The notes under the pieces were generated by a model that was given only the letters and a program-made list of their open reading frames with translations, was not told the DNA's origin and made no database searches. Below, piece by piece: positions 43,710 through 57,119 of a stretch of DNA of 64,000 bases; the first letter of the stretch is position 1, and each line of letters starts with the position of its first letter. The DNA is from Eledone cirrhosa (lineage: Eukaryota), in the NCBI GenBank assembly GCA_964016885.1, contig OZ024745.1:27094001-27158000 (forward strand), in the 5' to 3' direction. The position numbers and the translations under genes are program-made.

Positions 43710-46075
43710 TATTTCTTTATTAGCCACAGGGGCACAAAAGAAGGGGACAAATACAAAGGGGGAAGTTTACATACAATAAAAACGTGTAAAATGTTATCAC
43801 AGATGGAATTTAAAAGTTAGTCGATTTTCCCCAATAGAGGGAGACAGTTTATATGGGTAACACAGACCCCCGAAAAAAATGTGCAACCCTCATCTCCAGG
43901 AGTACGAAGAGCTTGTACTCCTTTCCTCTCCTCCTCCTTTTCCTCAACCTACAGGCTGATATAGAGAGAAGGCCCATTCACTCGGGCCATTCTCGCCACT
44001 TTCACCCACCTTTCATAAAACTTGCTGGGGTACAGCACCTCTCTCTCCATCCTGATTCTTCTTCCAAAGTGGTATTTGAAAAAAAGAATCAGTTGTTGGC
44101 CGGAGAGAAAGGTGTCTGACCTCAGCCCTTTCAACCTTGTCCACCATACAACCTCTTTCGCCATAGCTATCACACAAAGGAAAACCGCCTCTCCTTCGTT
44201 TTTGAAGGAGGGTGGCGGTTTGATCATGACAATGGACTCGGTGGTCAACTGGATTGGTCCCACCCGCGACAATAGTCGTTCCACATAGCCCCACAGGTCA
44301 GTGACGCCCGGGCAGTGTATGAATGCGTGCGCGACGGTTTCTTCGTCTCGCACGCACCTCGGACAGATCTTTTTTGCAGGGTCCCTGCCCGGGCGCCCAT
44401 GTCTGTAGAGCTTGTCTCGAACTGGTAGAGCTCCTCGGTAGCACTGCCAGGCCAGGGACTTTTGGAAGTTGTCCATCGGTCCCGGGCGGAAGGTCCTACC
44501 GAACAGACTGGCCAGTTCATCTTCCTCCACGCCTAGAGTTTCACCGAGCGCGTCGTCGCACTTGCTGCGGACCAACCCTCTATAGAATGACGAAGTGGAG
44601 TCTCCACTGATCGCCGGGTCCGCCTGCCAGAGGGCTGTGAGCGCCTGAGCACATTCGATGTGCCAGTCGCCCATTTTCCTCGGTCTCTGCTTGACCCAGG
44701 ACTGCAGCTCGGTCAGCGAGACGAGTCGTGGGAAGGCTCGCCTCACGAACGGGGCCCACACCGGTTGTCCGGTGAGGAATACGTAGAGATGCCGCAGCCT
44801 GAGCGCGTGTTTGCGCATCGTCAACCACGGCATCCCCAGCCCTCCGTTAGAAGGGTGTTGGCAGCAGATGGATCTTCTTACCAAAGGAGCCCGCCTCTTC
44901 CAAAGGAATCGGAAGAGGGCGCGCTCCATTTTGGCGAGCGTTTTGGCTGGACAAGGCACGACGGTCAAGCGGTAGTAGATGGCGGACGCTATAAAAGTGT
45001 TCGCCACCTCCGCTCGACCTTTCAAGGATAGTTTGCACTCGGCCCACTTCTGGGTGAGTGCAAACACCTTGGCCGTCACTTCGTTCCAGTTCTTCTCCAC
45101 CTGGAGGTCCGGACCAAACCAGACCCCGAGCAGCTTTACCGGTCCTTCCGTCCAGCGTCCGACGACGCCATCGGAAGGCATCGGTCTGCCTCTCCACGAT
45201 CCGAGTTGCAAACCGATGGACTTGTCCCGGTTCAGCTTCGCTCCTGTGAGACTTTCGTATTCCTTTAGTAAGGTGCCGACTTCCTCGATTTGCGAGGCGC
45301 TCGACACCATTACTGTCACGTCGTCGGCGTAGGCCGACGCCGCTTTCCGCAGTCCCGGTTCCAGAGGGATGCCCTGCAATAGCTCCAGCTTCCGCAGTAG
45401 TGGCTCGAGAGTCAGTACGTACAGAAGGGAGGAGAGAGGGCATCCCTGTCGAATGGATCGCGTAATATGGAACGGCTCCGAGAGGTAACCGTTCACCTTG
45501 ACCCTTGAGCAGATGTTGCTGTTGTGCATTGCAGCAATCCAGCCCCTGAACACGGGTCCGAAGCCTGCCGCCTCGAGCACCGCATCCAGGTAACGATGGT
45601 CAACCCTATCGAAAGCCTTAGACTGATCCAAGTTGATCAGGGCCCCACCGAAGCCGGGTTTACACCCTACCCTCTCTATGATGTATCGCATGAGGTGGAG
45701 GTTGTCGTGTATGGACCTGGTCGGGATCGCGCATGTCTGCGCTTCTCCCACCAGGTTCTCGACGACAAGCGCCAGCCTCTTTGCCAACACCTTGGCCAAA
45801 ATCTGTAACTCTGTGTTTAGCAGAGTTATGGGCCGGAAGTTGCCTATGTCATCCCCCTTATTCTCGTCCTTCCTGATTAGTGTGACCACGCCCCCGGTTA
45901 CAGAATTGGGAATTCTCCCGTTCTGTTGCCAGTTGCAGTAGACCGCTTCCAGGAGACCGGAGAATAAGTCCGGCATTGCTACGTAAAATTCGTAGGGTAG
46001 ACCGTCGAGACCTGGAGATTTGCGTTTGCCGCATTGGCTCAGCGCGTCCCCTATCTCAGTGGCTGAAATCGGCTG
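43710..46075 (-). mobile_element. Tx1/L1-clade LINE copy 2, 5'-truncated, open RT ORF 43949-45976
   Basis: NFRPITLLN..ILAKVLAKRL, LDQSKAFDRV, SIRQGCPLS, AYADDV, KLLGVWF, GGLG, C-terminal CPRC..ET..H..C. Confidence 0.93.
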
Positions 46076-46082
46076 AATTCGG

Positions 46083-46119
<37 letters not shown>

Positions 46120-46124
<5 letters not shown>

Positions 46125-49066
46125 TGTTTCTAATTATTGCCACGAGGGCGCAAAAGAAAGGGACAAATACAAAGGGGGGAGTTTACACAAAAGAACGAGT
46201 AAAAAAAACAAATAACAAATATAAAATTAACAATAAAGTCCTCAATAGGGAGGAGGCTTTTTGGGGGTCGCGCACACCTCCCAAAAAGTGTGCAACCCTT
46301 CTCCTCAGGAGCACAGAGAGAGGGTGCTCCCTTGTTCTGCCATCTTTTTCACCTACAGGCTGATATAGAGAGAAGGCCCATTCACACGGGCCATTCTCGC
46401 CACTTTCAGCCACCTTTCATAAAACTGGCTGGGGTGGAGCACCTCTCTCTACATCCTGATCCTTCTTCCGAAATCATATCGGAAGAAAAGGACCAGTTGT
46501 TGGCCAGAGAGAAAGGTGTCTGACCTCAGTCCTTTCAAACGCGTCCACCATACAATCTCTTTCACCATGGCTATTACGCACAAGAAACACCGCCTCTCCT
46601 TCATTTTTGAGGGGGGGGGGCTTGATCGTTATAATAGACTCGGTGGTCAACCGGTCCCACCCGTGACAGCAGTCGTTCGACATAGCCCCACAGATCGGCG
46701 ACGCCCGGGCAGTGTACCAATGCATGCGCGACGGTTACCTCGTCACACACGCATCTGGGACAGATCTTTTTCGAGGGGTCCCTACCCGGGCGCCCGTGTC
46801 TGTAGAGCTTTTCTAGAATGGGCAGAGCCCCTCGGTAGCACTGCCAGGCCAGGGACCTCTGGAAGTTGTCAATGGGTCCCGGGCTAAATGTCCTACCGAA
46901 CAGGCTGGCCAGTTCGTCTTCCTCCATGCCTAGGGTTTCTCCGAGGGCGTCGTCGCACCTTCTGCGTACCAGCCCTCTATAGAATGTCGAGGTGGAGTCT
47001 CCACTGATAGCCGGGTCCGCCTGCCAGAGAGCCGTGAGCGCCTGCGCACACTCGGTGTGCCAGGCGCCCAGTTTTCTCGGTCTTTGCTTGACCCATGATT
47101 GCAGCTCGATGAGTGAGACGAGTCTCAGAAAGGTTCGTCTCACAAACGGGGCCCACACCAGTTGACCGATGAGGAATACCTGGAGGTGCCGTAGCCTTAA
47201 TGCGTGTTTACGCATCAGCAGCCACGGCAACCCCAGCCCTCCTTTCAAAGGGTGTTGACAGCAGATGGATCTCCTCACCAAAGGGGCCCGCCTCTTCCAA
47301 AGGAATTGGAAGAGTGCGCGCTCCATTTTGGTGAGCGTTTCCCTTGGGCAAAGCACGACGGTCATGCGGTAGTAGATGACGGACGCTATATAAGTGTTCG
47401 CCACCTCCGCCCGACCTTTCCGGGATAGTTTGCACTCGGCCCACTTCTGGGTTAGTGCAAACACCCTGTTCGTTACCTCACCCCAGTTCTTCTCCACCTG
47501 GAGATCTGGTCCAAACCAGACCCCGAGCAACTTCACCAGGCCCTCCGTCCGGCGTCCGACGACGCAATCGGAGGGCATCGATTTGCCCCTCGACGTGCCG
47601 AGTTGCAGCCCGATCGACTTGTCCCGGTTCAGCTTAGCCCCTGTAAACCTTTCGTACTCCTCCAGTAAGGTGCCGATCGCCCCGATTTCTGAGGCGGTCG
47701 ACACCATTACTGTTACGTCATCGGCGTAGGCCGACACCGTTTTCCGCAATCCCGGTTCCAATGGGATGCGCTGCAACAACTCCAACTTCCGCAGCAGTGG
47801 CTCGAGGGCCAATACATACAGAAGAGAGGAGAGAGGGCATCCTTTTCGGATGGACCGCGTGATTTCGAACGGCTCCGTGAGGTAGCCGTTCACCTTGACT
47901 CTAGAGCAGATGCGGCTGCTGTGTATGGCAGTGATCCAGCCCCTGAAAACGGGTCCGAAACCTGCTGCCGCTAGCACTGCATCCAGGTAACCATGGTCGA
48001 CCCTATCGAACGCCTTAGATTGATTCAAGTTGATCAGGCCCCCACCAAAGCCGGGTTCGTTCTCAACCCTCTCTATAATGTATCGCATAAGGTGGACCTG
48101 GACGGGATAGCACATGTCTGCGCATCTCCCACCAGGTTGCCCACGACAAGCGCCAACCTCTTTGCTAACACCTTGGCCAAAATCTTTAACTCTGCATTTA
48201 GCAGAGTTATGGGCCTGAAATGACTTATTTCGTCCCCCTTGTTTTCGCCCTTCTAACGAAACTACGCCCTTGGTCACAGAACAGGGAATTCTCCCGTTCT
48301 GTTGCCAGTTGCAGTAGACCGCCTCGAGGGAACAAGTCCGGCATAGCTAGATATAATTCGTATGGAAGACCATCGAGACCCGGGGATTTGCGTTTGCCGC
48401 ATCGGCTCAACACGTCCCCTATCTCAGCAGCTGAAATGGGCCCCTCGCAAGTCTTCGCCTCCTCGTCCGAAAGACGCGGCAGGCCGTCGAGGTATGGACC
48501 GAAGTCCACATGGCCATCCCCCCCCCCCCGCGAACAATCGGGTAAAGTGCCTTTGCTCAAGGATCACCCGTCCATCCTGGTCTCGCAAAGACCGGATAGT
48601 GGATCTAATCCCTCTTTTGGCTTCTGTCACGCGGGCCCAGCTAACAGCTTTGGTCCCCTCGTTTCCTAGAGCACCTATTTTGCTTCGGACAACGCAGCCT
48701 TCGTGCTTCGCGTCAAAGAACTGGCCCAAGGCCGTTATCGACGCTAGCACTCTGGCTACGTCGCCGCTTCTAATTGCCTCTTCTACACTATCTACCAACT
48801 CCCTTTCCTTCCTATTTCTATCTGAGGCTAACTCCTTACTAAATCCTATTGAAACTACTCTAATCTCTCTTTTGAGAGATCGCCACCACCTGCTGTTGAC
48901 GATCGCTCCCGTCAACCACTCTTTAACTAAAGTACTAATCCGGTCCCTGTACACTTTACTTGCAGGTAAGGACAAGTTCAGTTTCCAGTAACCGGGTCCC
49001 TGTCTATGGGTTCTATCAAGGTTGAGTATGCAGGTCACTAATTTGTGATCCGAATAGCCAACCATG
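46120..49066 (-). mobile_element. Tx1/L1-clade LINE copy 3 (diverged, frameshifted; includes endonuclease C-terminus)
   Basis: SDHKLV..GPGYWKLN (48424-49065), KSPGLDGLPYE, RT 46601-48277; bounded by (gata)n. Confidence 0.9.
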
Positions 49067-49261
49067 TAGATAGATCGGTTTACTGAATTGCATAAATTCA
49101 GTAAATCGCATTGAGTGCTAAACCTAGTTTAGCACTCAATGTTGTTGTTGGATTTCCGAGGTGAAGTAGTGTCGACTCGAGGGTTGATTACTAGTTTCTG
49201 GTGTAACGTAGGAACGGTAGTCGTCTGCAACAAGGATCACAAAGCATAAATAAACCTTCTG

Positions 49262-49305
<44 letters not shown>

Positions 49306-49306
<1 letters not shown>

Positions 49307-50890
49307 TAGCAGTTTAGCCCGGCGTTGCTCGGGTTTGTTCATTTGCTATGAAAAGTTACATACAGGTAAACGTAGCTTGAAAGCGCATACGCTTATCAAT
49401 TAAGTGCATAAAGAAGTTGAACCGGTTATTAATAGTTACGAACCAATTAGAATTTTGGACAATCAATGATGGGTTAATAATCTTCCAATAGCGAATTTAG
49501 TAGACCAAAGTTGCAAGATGCTGGCCCTGATGCCGCTGGGTGTCAGATCTGTCCGCTATGGGTGACCCTACCAGTTTTCCAGACGGCATAGCTCCAACAC
49601 CTCCAACACCTGCACCAACATCTATAGCACCTTTTTGTAGACGATATTGCATGTCATCCCTTGAGGAGTGTAAGCAAAAAGTCCATTCCTGCTCCCTACG
49701 CGGGAACAGGCAACATAAAGTTAGCCATGGGAGATTAGCCAGTTTCAGTCTGAACACTCTGGCAATGAGGTCATGTCTGTTCGAATAATTTTGCCCAGGA
49801 AAAAGTTCACGGGTTACATTCCGATTCATATGTCTATAGCATTAATGTGTTATATGAAGTGTTATTTTGCGGGTTGTTATTTGCAATAAGCCGATTGAAA
49901 ATGCCTCAGATAAGCCGTATGCCAATACGGAACGCTCCACTGCAGTGTTGTCATATAGTGAGTGAAGAGCGACAGAGAGAGTAAAGCAGTTAAATTATAG
50001 AGAGGGGGAATGATCATGATCGATTTTTGCCCTTATTGTTGATTGATTTGAATTTTTTTTTTTTGCTTCATGACCTTCTCCTGACCAAAAGCAATAATTG
50101 TCCCGAATTTGAATAGAATCCCGTGAAAAAGGTTTTCTTAATTGTTTGTCTCATATTGAGAAAAAGAAAGAAAGAAAATTACAAAAAGGACAACAATAAA
50201 ATATAATGGCTTTGTTGAGAATCATGTAAATAAATGCTTAAGCGTCGCTATTGTTACGTTTGTTGTTTTATAAATTCATCTGTTGCTTTTGAATATTTGT
50301 TATTTGATGTAAAATGTAACGTTGGGAGAGCAGTATGTATTTAGTGTTATCGGCTTTTTAAATTTTGATATTTGATGTATGAGTGTCGTTATGACTGTTT
50401 GTTGCTTAGGTTTCAAAGTTTGTGTCGCGTTCCTTCAAAAGAAGTTTTGTCGTTGTTCTAAACTGTAAAGGGTAGTAGACGGAGGCAGTAACCTTTTAAA
50501 GAGAGTTGCAGAGGAGATTGAGGGGGGAGTAGAGAGAGTGATGAACGTTTTAAAGAGAGTTGCAGGGGAGATTGAGAGTGGAGTAGAGGAAAAGATGAAC
50601 CTTTTAAACAGAGTTGCAACATGTATGTAGTTTCATATATTTTGATGGTAGTAGTGAGAGGAATGAAGCGTGTAAGAGAGAGGGTTACAGCATATATTTA
50701 GTTTTATCGATTTTTTTTCATAGAAGCAGGAAATTTTTGGCAAAAATAATTACGCAAAAATAATTACGCGTTGACCTGCCCTGGTAAATTTGGAGCACAT
50801 TGGAAAAAAATTCGTCAAAATCGGTAGAGAAATGTGAAAATGCATAAAAATCATACATACAGACAGATAGACATCTACCGTTTTATATAT
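49306..50890 (-). mobile_element. Non-autonomous Helitron with a Rep remnant
   Basis: Reverse-complement 3' end cccgagcaacgccggg-ctaaactg-CTAG|t (subterminal hairpin + CTRR). Remnant TRELFPGQNYSNRHDLIARVFRLKL resembles Helitron Rep; the other end is tatatataaaa + (gtct/gtat)n. Confidence 0.8.
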
Positions 50891-51070
50891 ATATATATAT
50901 AATACTTAAGTATTAATTAAATATTAATTACTTAAACATTCAATGAATGGATAAAATATATCGATAAAATATCAATCAGAGAAGCAATATTACATATTAA
51001 ATTTAAGGGAAAAAAGTCTATTTGTAGGAGTATACTGGGTTATACTCCCATAAATGGAATTTTTTCACTT

Positions 51071-51139
<69 letters not shown>

Positions 51140-51689
51140 CAAATTAAAAACGGAGTAAAAGACTCACATTAATTCTCTATAATTTAATGAGCTCTAGGAA
51201 TAGATTCCGGGTCCTTTATTAATCAGTATATAGAGAGAAGTACACATAGAGGCATGTGTTTAATCATAGGGGATAGAAAACCACCTGAGTGACGAACATA
51301 TTGTCTACTAAAGGAAAGGCGAATACAGATCAATTAAAAGAATAAATTAAAATGTACTAACCATCCAATAATAACTATTACACCTGGACATGCTCAAATT
51401 AGAGTGAAGATTCCATATTGTAGTGGGCTTGTCAATAGGAGGACACTTCTAAAAGTATATCAGATAACTAAAAAAAACGTACATGGTGTAATTATCTTCA
51501 CTATCACCAAAAACTCATTCTCCAGCCAAATTTTGAGCAAGAAAGATGGAAGAAAACTTACTCCAACATTTGATTTTAATTTTAAATCTTTAATTTTTAG
51601 TTTTTAACTCCTATTAATTCTTTTTAATTTTTATTTCAATACTCAACATTTGATAAGATGAATTTTAATAATACATCGAAACCGGAAAT

Positions 51690-51812
51690 ACTTTATATAC
51701 TTTATATACTTTATATACATTATATACTTTATATACTTTATATACTTTATATACATTATATACTTTATATACTTTATATACTTTATATACATTATATACT
51801 TTATATACTTTA
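51690..51812. repeat. 9-bp tandem repeat (tatatactt / tatatacat)
   Basis: Direct reading; explains the KVYKVY ORF. Confidence 0.9.
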
Positions 51813-51989
51813 TAAAACTTTTTTTTAAAAAGAATTGTCCCTCTCATTTTTTCAATAATGTCACTTTGACGAATCAAAGAAAGGATAAAAAAAGAAAAAC
51901 AGACCCTTAAATATATTTTCCGTGTTATTTCCAACTTCACCTTTTCTCTATATCCACTGTTTTGTATAGAACCTTACTTCCCTTTTCTA

Positions 51990-52244
<255 letters not shown>

Positions 52245-52252
52245 CGATATAG

Positions 52253-52489
52253 GCTCGCCATGTAAGAAAACCGATGCTCTGTGCTTGGTGTGTGGTGATC
52301 GAGCATCTGGCAAACATTACGGTGTTCTTAGTTGTGATGGATGTCGCGGTTTCTTCAAAAGGAGCATTCGTCGAAATCTCGATTATGTTTGCAAAGAAAA
52401 TGGATCCTGTGTTGTCGATGTTGCTCGAAGGAACCAGTGCCAGGCGTGTCGATTCAAGAAATGCTTGGAAATGAAAATGAACAGAGATG
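52253..52489 (+). CDS. Nuclear receptor NR2E subfamily (PNR-like / NR2E6-like): DNA-binding-domain exon
   Basis: [69 protein letters not shown]. Acceptor ag at 52251-52252, donor gtgagt at 52490; 237 nt, phase 1-1. Confidence 0.95.
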
Positions 52490-52566
52490 GTGAGTGTGAG
52501 TATTTTAATTCTTCATTGTTTGATGACCATCTATAATATATCTAAGCTTACTTAGAATGAGTTAAT

Positions 52567-52694
<128 letters not shown>

Positions 52695-53004
52695 GTATGT
52701 ATATATACACACACACATTGTTTTTCCATTGGACAACATCGGTGGATTGGAGAGGTGAGAGTGGCGAGAGCGGTGTGCATGGGTGACCGCTGGTCTTCCA
52801 CAAACAACCTTACCCAGACCTGTGCCTCGAAGTGAACAGCTGGTTTCTTCAAGAGATGAAATAAGATATGTAGAGGAAGAGTGGACCTCAGTACTGGAAT
52901 TGTACTTTTTTATTGACCTCGAAAAGATGAAAAGCAAAGTTAACCTCACCAGTTAACACAGAAGGTGCAGAGAACCGAAACGTAAACTGCAAAGCATTCT
53001 ATCA

Positions 53005-53805
53005 AATCGGTAGAGGGTCGGACATGCTTTCTAACATAGTTATGTCCCTTTACGATCTGAGTTCAAATCCCGCCGAGGTTAACTTTGCCTTTCATCCTTA
53101 CGGGGTCGAAAAATAAAGTACCAGTAATACACTGGGATAATTGCTGGCCTTGTGTCAAAAATAGAAACAATTGTAATGACTCTGCCTATTGGCTGCTCCA
53201 TTAAAATATTATATACATTGTACTACATTTTAATTTTTTATTATTTAGCATTGTAATTGTAGTGGTAGTTGATTTGCAGAATCGTTAGTGCGATGGACAA
53301 AATGCTTTGCGGCATTTAGTTACGGCCCTTTACGTTCAGAATTCAAGACCTGCCGAGATTAACTTTGCTTTTCATCCTTCTGACGTGGCTGAAATAAGAA
53401 CTAGTGAAGTACTTGTGTCGATATAACCGACTTTGCCCTACTCGCCAAAATTACTGGCTTTGTGCTTAAATTAGAAATAATTATTGGCAGTATCGGTAGA
53501 GGGTCGGACGCCATGCTTTGCAGCAAAGAGTTACAGCCCTTTACGGTTTAAGTTCAAATCCCGTCGAGGTTAACTTTGCTTTTCCTCCTTACGTGGTCGA
53601 TAAAATAAAGTACCAGTAATGTACTGAGTAATTGCTGGTCTTGTGCCAAAAGTACAAACAATTATTATCTTGTAACGGAAATATGTGTGGAGTTGAAGGC
53701 AGAATTGTTAGAACGGCAGATTAAATGCCGCGTGGTATTAGTTTCGTCCCTCTATGCTCTAAATTCAAATCTCGGCGATATCAATATTATCCTTCATCCT
53801 TTTGG
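53005..53805 (+). mobile_element. Four tRNA-derived SINE copies (intronic)
   Basis: Repeated B-box gagttcaaatccc and core gcctttcatccttacggggtcga. Confidence 0.85.
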
Positions 53806-53834
53806 AAAAAAATTACTCGTATGGCAAATCACTC

Positions 53835-54695
53835 CTTAGCCACTTTGGCGACAACTTAGCCACCTTGGCGACAACTTAGCCACCTTGGCGACAACTTAGC
53901 CACCTTGGCGACAACTTAGCCACCTTGGCGACAACTTAGCCACCTTGGCGACAACTTAGCCACCTTGGCGACAACTTAGCCACCTTGGCGACAACTTAGC
54001 CACCTTGGCGACAACTTAGCCACCTTGGCGACAACTTAGCCACCTTGGCGACAACTTAGCCACCTTGGCGACAACTTAGCCACTTTGGCGACAACTTAGC
54101 CACCTTGGCGACAACTTAGCCACCTTGGCGACAACTTAGCCACCTTGGCGACAACTTAGCCACCTTGGCGACAACTTAGCCACCTTGGCGACAACTTAGC
54201 CACCTTGGCGACAACTTAGCCACCTTGGCGACAACTTAGCCACCTTGGCGACAACTTAGCCACCTTGGCGACAACTTAGCCACCTTGGCGACAACTTAGC
54301 CACCTTGGCGACAACTTAGCCACCTTGGCGACAACTTAGCCACCTTGGCGACAACTTAGCCACCTTGGCGACAACTTAGCCACTTTGGCGACAACTTAGC
54401 CACCTTGGCGACAACTTAGCCACCTTGGCGACAACTTAGCCACCTTGGCGATAACTTAGCCACCTTGGCGACAACTTAGCCACCTTGGCGACAACTTAGC
54501 CACCTTGGCGACAACTTAGCCACCTTGGCGACAACTTAGCCACCTTGGCGACAACTTAGCCACCTTGGCGACAACTTAGCCACTTTGGCGACAACTTAGC
54601 CACCTTGGCGACAACTTAGCCACCTTGGCGACAACTTAGCCACCTTGGCGACAACTTAGCCACTTTGGCGACAACTTAGCCACCTTGGCGACAAC
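53835..54695. repeat. 20-bp minisatellite, ~43 copies (cttagccaccttggcgacaa)
   Basis: Highly homogeneous tandem array with an occasional c>t variant; no spacers. Confidence 0.97.
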
Positions 54696-55212
54696 CTTTC
54701 GAGACATGTAAAAATGCCAAATACGTACTTCCTATTCCAATGACTTAGATATTCCACCTCAAAATACCATCTATCCTTGTCTTATCAAGTGCGTGTGTGC
54801 GTTGATGTTCTCTCTGTTTCAGTCACTGCCCCCGTCTCTCTTGCTCTCCCCATTCACTATTATAAATAAATGAGAGCCCACACGCTGGTCGCCCCCCAGG
54901 GCCCGGTTGACAGAATAGAGAAGGCGTTTCCCCGGAGGATGGTGAGGGAGATGTGCATCATTGTGATGAAAGTAGATGAGCTGCGACTCATCTACTTTCA
55001 TCACAGTCGAACGAGGATTCGGGACTCACCGACGTCACTTTTTTAAATAAGAATTATGGACATACACCATCATATTGATGAGTATTGGCGTAATTGTCTG
55101 TGGTCCCCGACCCTCAGCATTGATGATGGGAAGAGACCAAAACCATAAGTTGTGGCTTTGTTAGAAATCAGTATTTTGTAATATTATTTTTGCATATTAT
55201 TAAGTATTAATG

Positions 55213-56008
55213 GGGCAGCGGATTGACGGAATCGTTAAACCATTGGACAAAATGTTGTACGGTATTTAGTTACAGCGCATTACGTTCTGAGTTCAAATCG
55301 CACCGAGTCAACTTTACCTTTCATCTTTCCAGAGTCAATAAAATATAGTTTCAGTCAACTTTCCCTTCCCATAAAATAACTGGCCTTGTACTAAAATTAT
55401 AAATCATTATTGGCGATGGATTAGCAGTATCAGTAGAGGGTCGGACGCCATGATTTGCAGCATAGAGTTACGGCTCTTTATGATCTGAGTTCAAATCCCG
55501 CCGAGGTTAACTTTGCCTTTCATCCTTATGGGGTCGATAAAATAAAGTACCACTGGGGTCGATTTAATCGACTTTCCCCTCCCCCCAAATTACTGGCCTT
55601 GTGCCTTTTTTGGCAGTATCGGTAGAGGGTCGGACAACATGCTTTGTAGCACAGAGTTACGCCCCTTTCTGATCTGAGTTCAAATCCTGCCGAGGTTAAC
55701 TTTGCCTTTCATCCTTACGGGGTCGATAAAATAAAGTACCAGTAATGCACTGGGTAATTGCGGGCCTTGTGCCAAAAGTAGAAACAATTATTATATGGAT
55801 TGGTAGTATCGGTAGGGCATCGGACAACATGCTTTGCGGCATAGAGTTACAGCTCTTTACTTTCTGAGTTCTAATCCCGCCTGGTTAGCCTAGCCTTTCA
55901 TCCTTACGGAGTCGATAAAATAAAGTACCAGTAAAGCATTAAGTCGATTTAATCGACTTTCCCCTCCCCTCCAAATTGCTGGCCTTGCGCCTAAATCAGA
56001 AACCATTA
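55213..56008 (+). mobile_element. Four head-to-tail tRNA-derived SINE copies
   Basis: Copies at ~55213-55410, 55411-55606, 55611-55790 and 55797-56008. Confidence 0.88.
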
Positions 56009-56512
56009 TTATATATTATTAAGTTTTAATGACTTTCGTCGATACATCCACCCGATACATTCCACCCGATACATTCCACCCGATACATCCACCCGATACA
56101 TTACTTCACTGTATCTAAAAGGCAAATTAGGACATCCTGAAAATCTTTAAATCATGTCTAATCCATTTTCCTCGATGATCTTATAAATCGAAACTTTCAC
56201 TCAGATCAAATCTGCCACTCTCGCCAGAAACGTAGCAAGAGAATGAGAAGAATGGAAGTTGTCTTCGGGTTCAGTTATGAAGAGGTGCAATATTTCCTCT
56301 GACTTCTCATGCCTGTTTATATATATTTTTAGTTTGTAGATTTTGAAGAAGGAGCAGTGCCCATATCCTGACGGTTGCCGTAAGTTGAGAATGCTAAATG
56401 TAATTGTGTCCCTAGGGCGCTGAGATCACTTGCTATTCCACTGACTCTTTCCCAAGTTTCTTAAAATTTCCTGCCCGATAACTCGAAGTTATAGGTTTAT
56501 ATCGTGTATAGT

Positions 56513-56891
56513 CAGACCTGCCAACCGCTAAAAACCCAAACGGGGAGTACCATGAAAAAAAGTTCCCCAAAACGGGGAGAAATGAGGCAAAATGGGGACA
56601 TTTTACATAATTGTTTCTATTTTAGGCACAAGGCCAGCAATTACCCAGTACATTGCTGGTACTTTATTTTATCGACCCCATAAGGATGAAAGGCAAAGTT
56701 AACCTCGGCCGGATTTGAACTCAGATCGTAAAGGGATGTAACTATGCTGCAAAGCATGTCCAACCCTCTACCGATACTGCCATAATGAAAGCTATACCCA
56801 AGAGAAGCTATATCACAAGAGAAGACATCTCTTACCCACCACAAAGTGGGTGGGATATCTCTCTATGGGACGGGGAGAGTTGACAGGTCTG
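56513..56891. mobile_element. MITE (probably hAT-like) with a nested antisense SINE (56608-56782)
   Basis: TIRs cagacctgccaac / gttgacaggtctg; flanks tatagt / tatagc. Confidence 0.65.
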
Positions 56892-57038
56892 TATAGCAGA
56901 GAGCTGAGGAAAAATAAATCCTTAAAAGGAATGGCTTATGAAGAACAGTGGTGATGTACGCTGGGAAAACACAAGATTCTAGATGGTGTACACGAATCTA
57001 TTGTAATACCCTACATTCAACTTGAAATGTGCATCTGT

Positions 57039-57114
<76 letters not shown>

Positions 57115-57119
<5 letters not shown>

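Noticed and set aside
53835-54695. CRISPR-like regular repeat (also 140-699 and 2261-2419)
   Set aside because: Units abut with no unique spacers, there are no cas genes, and the context is eukaryotic.
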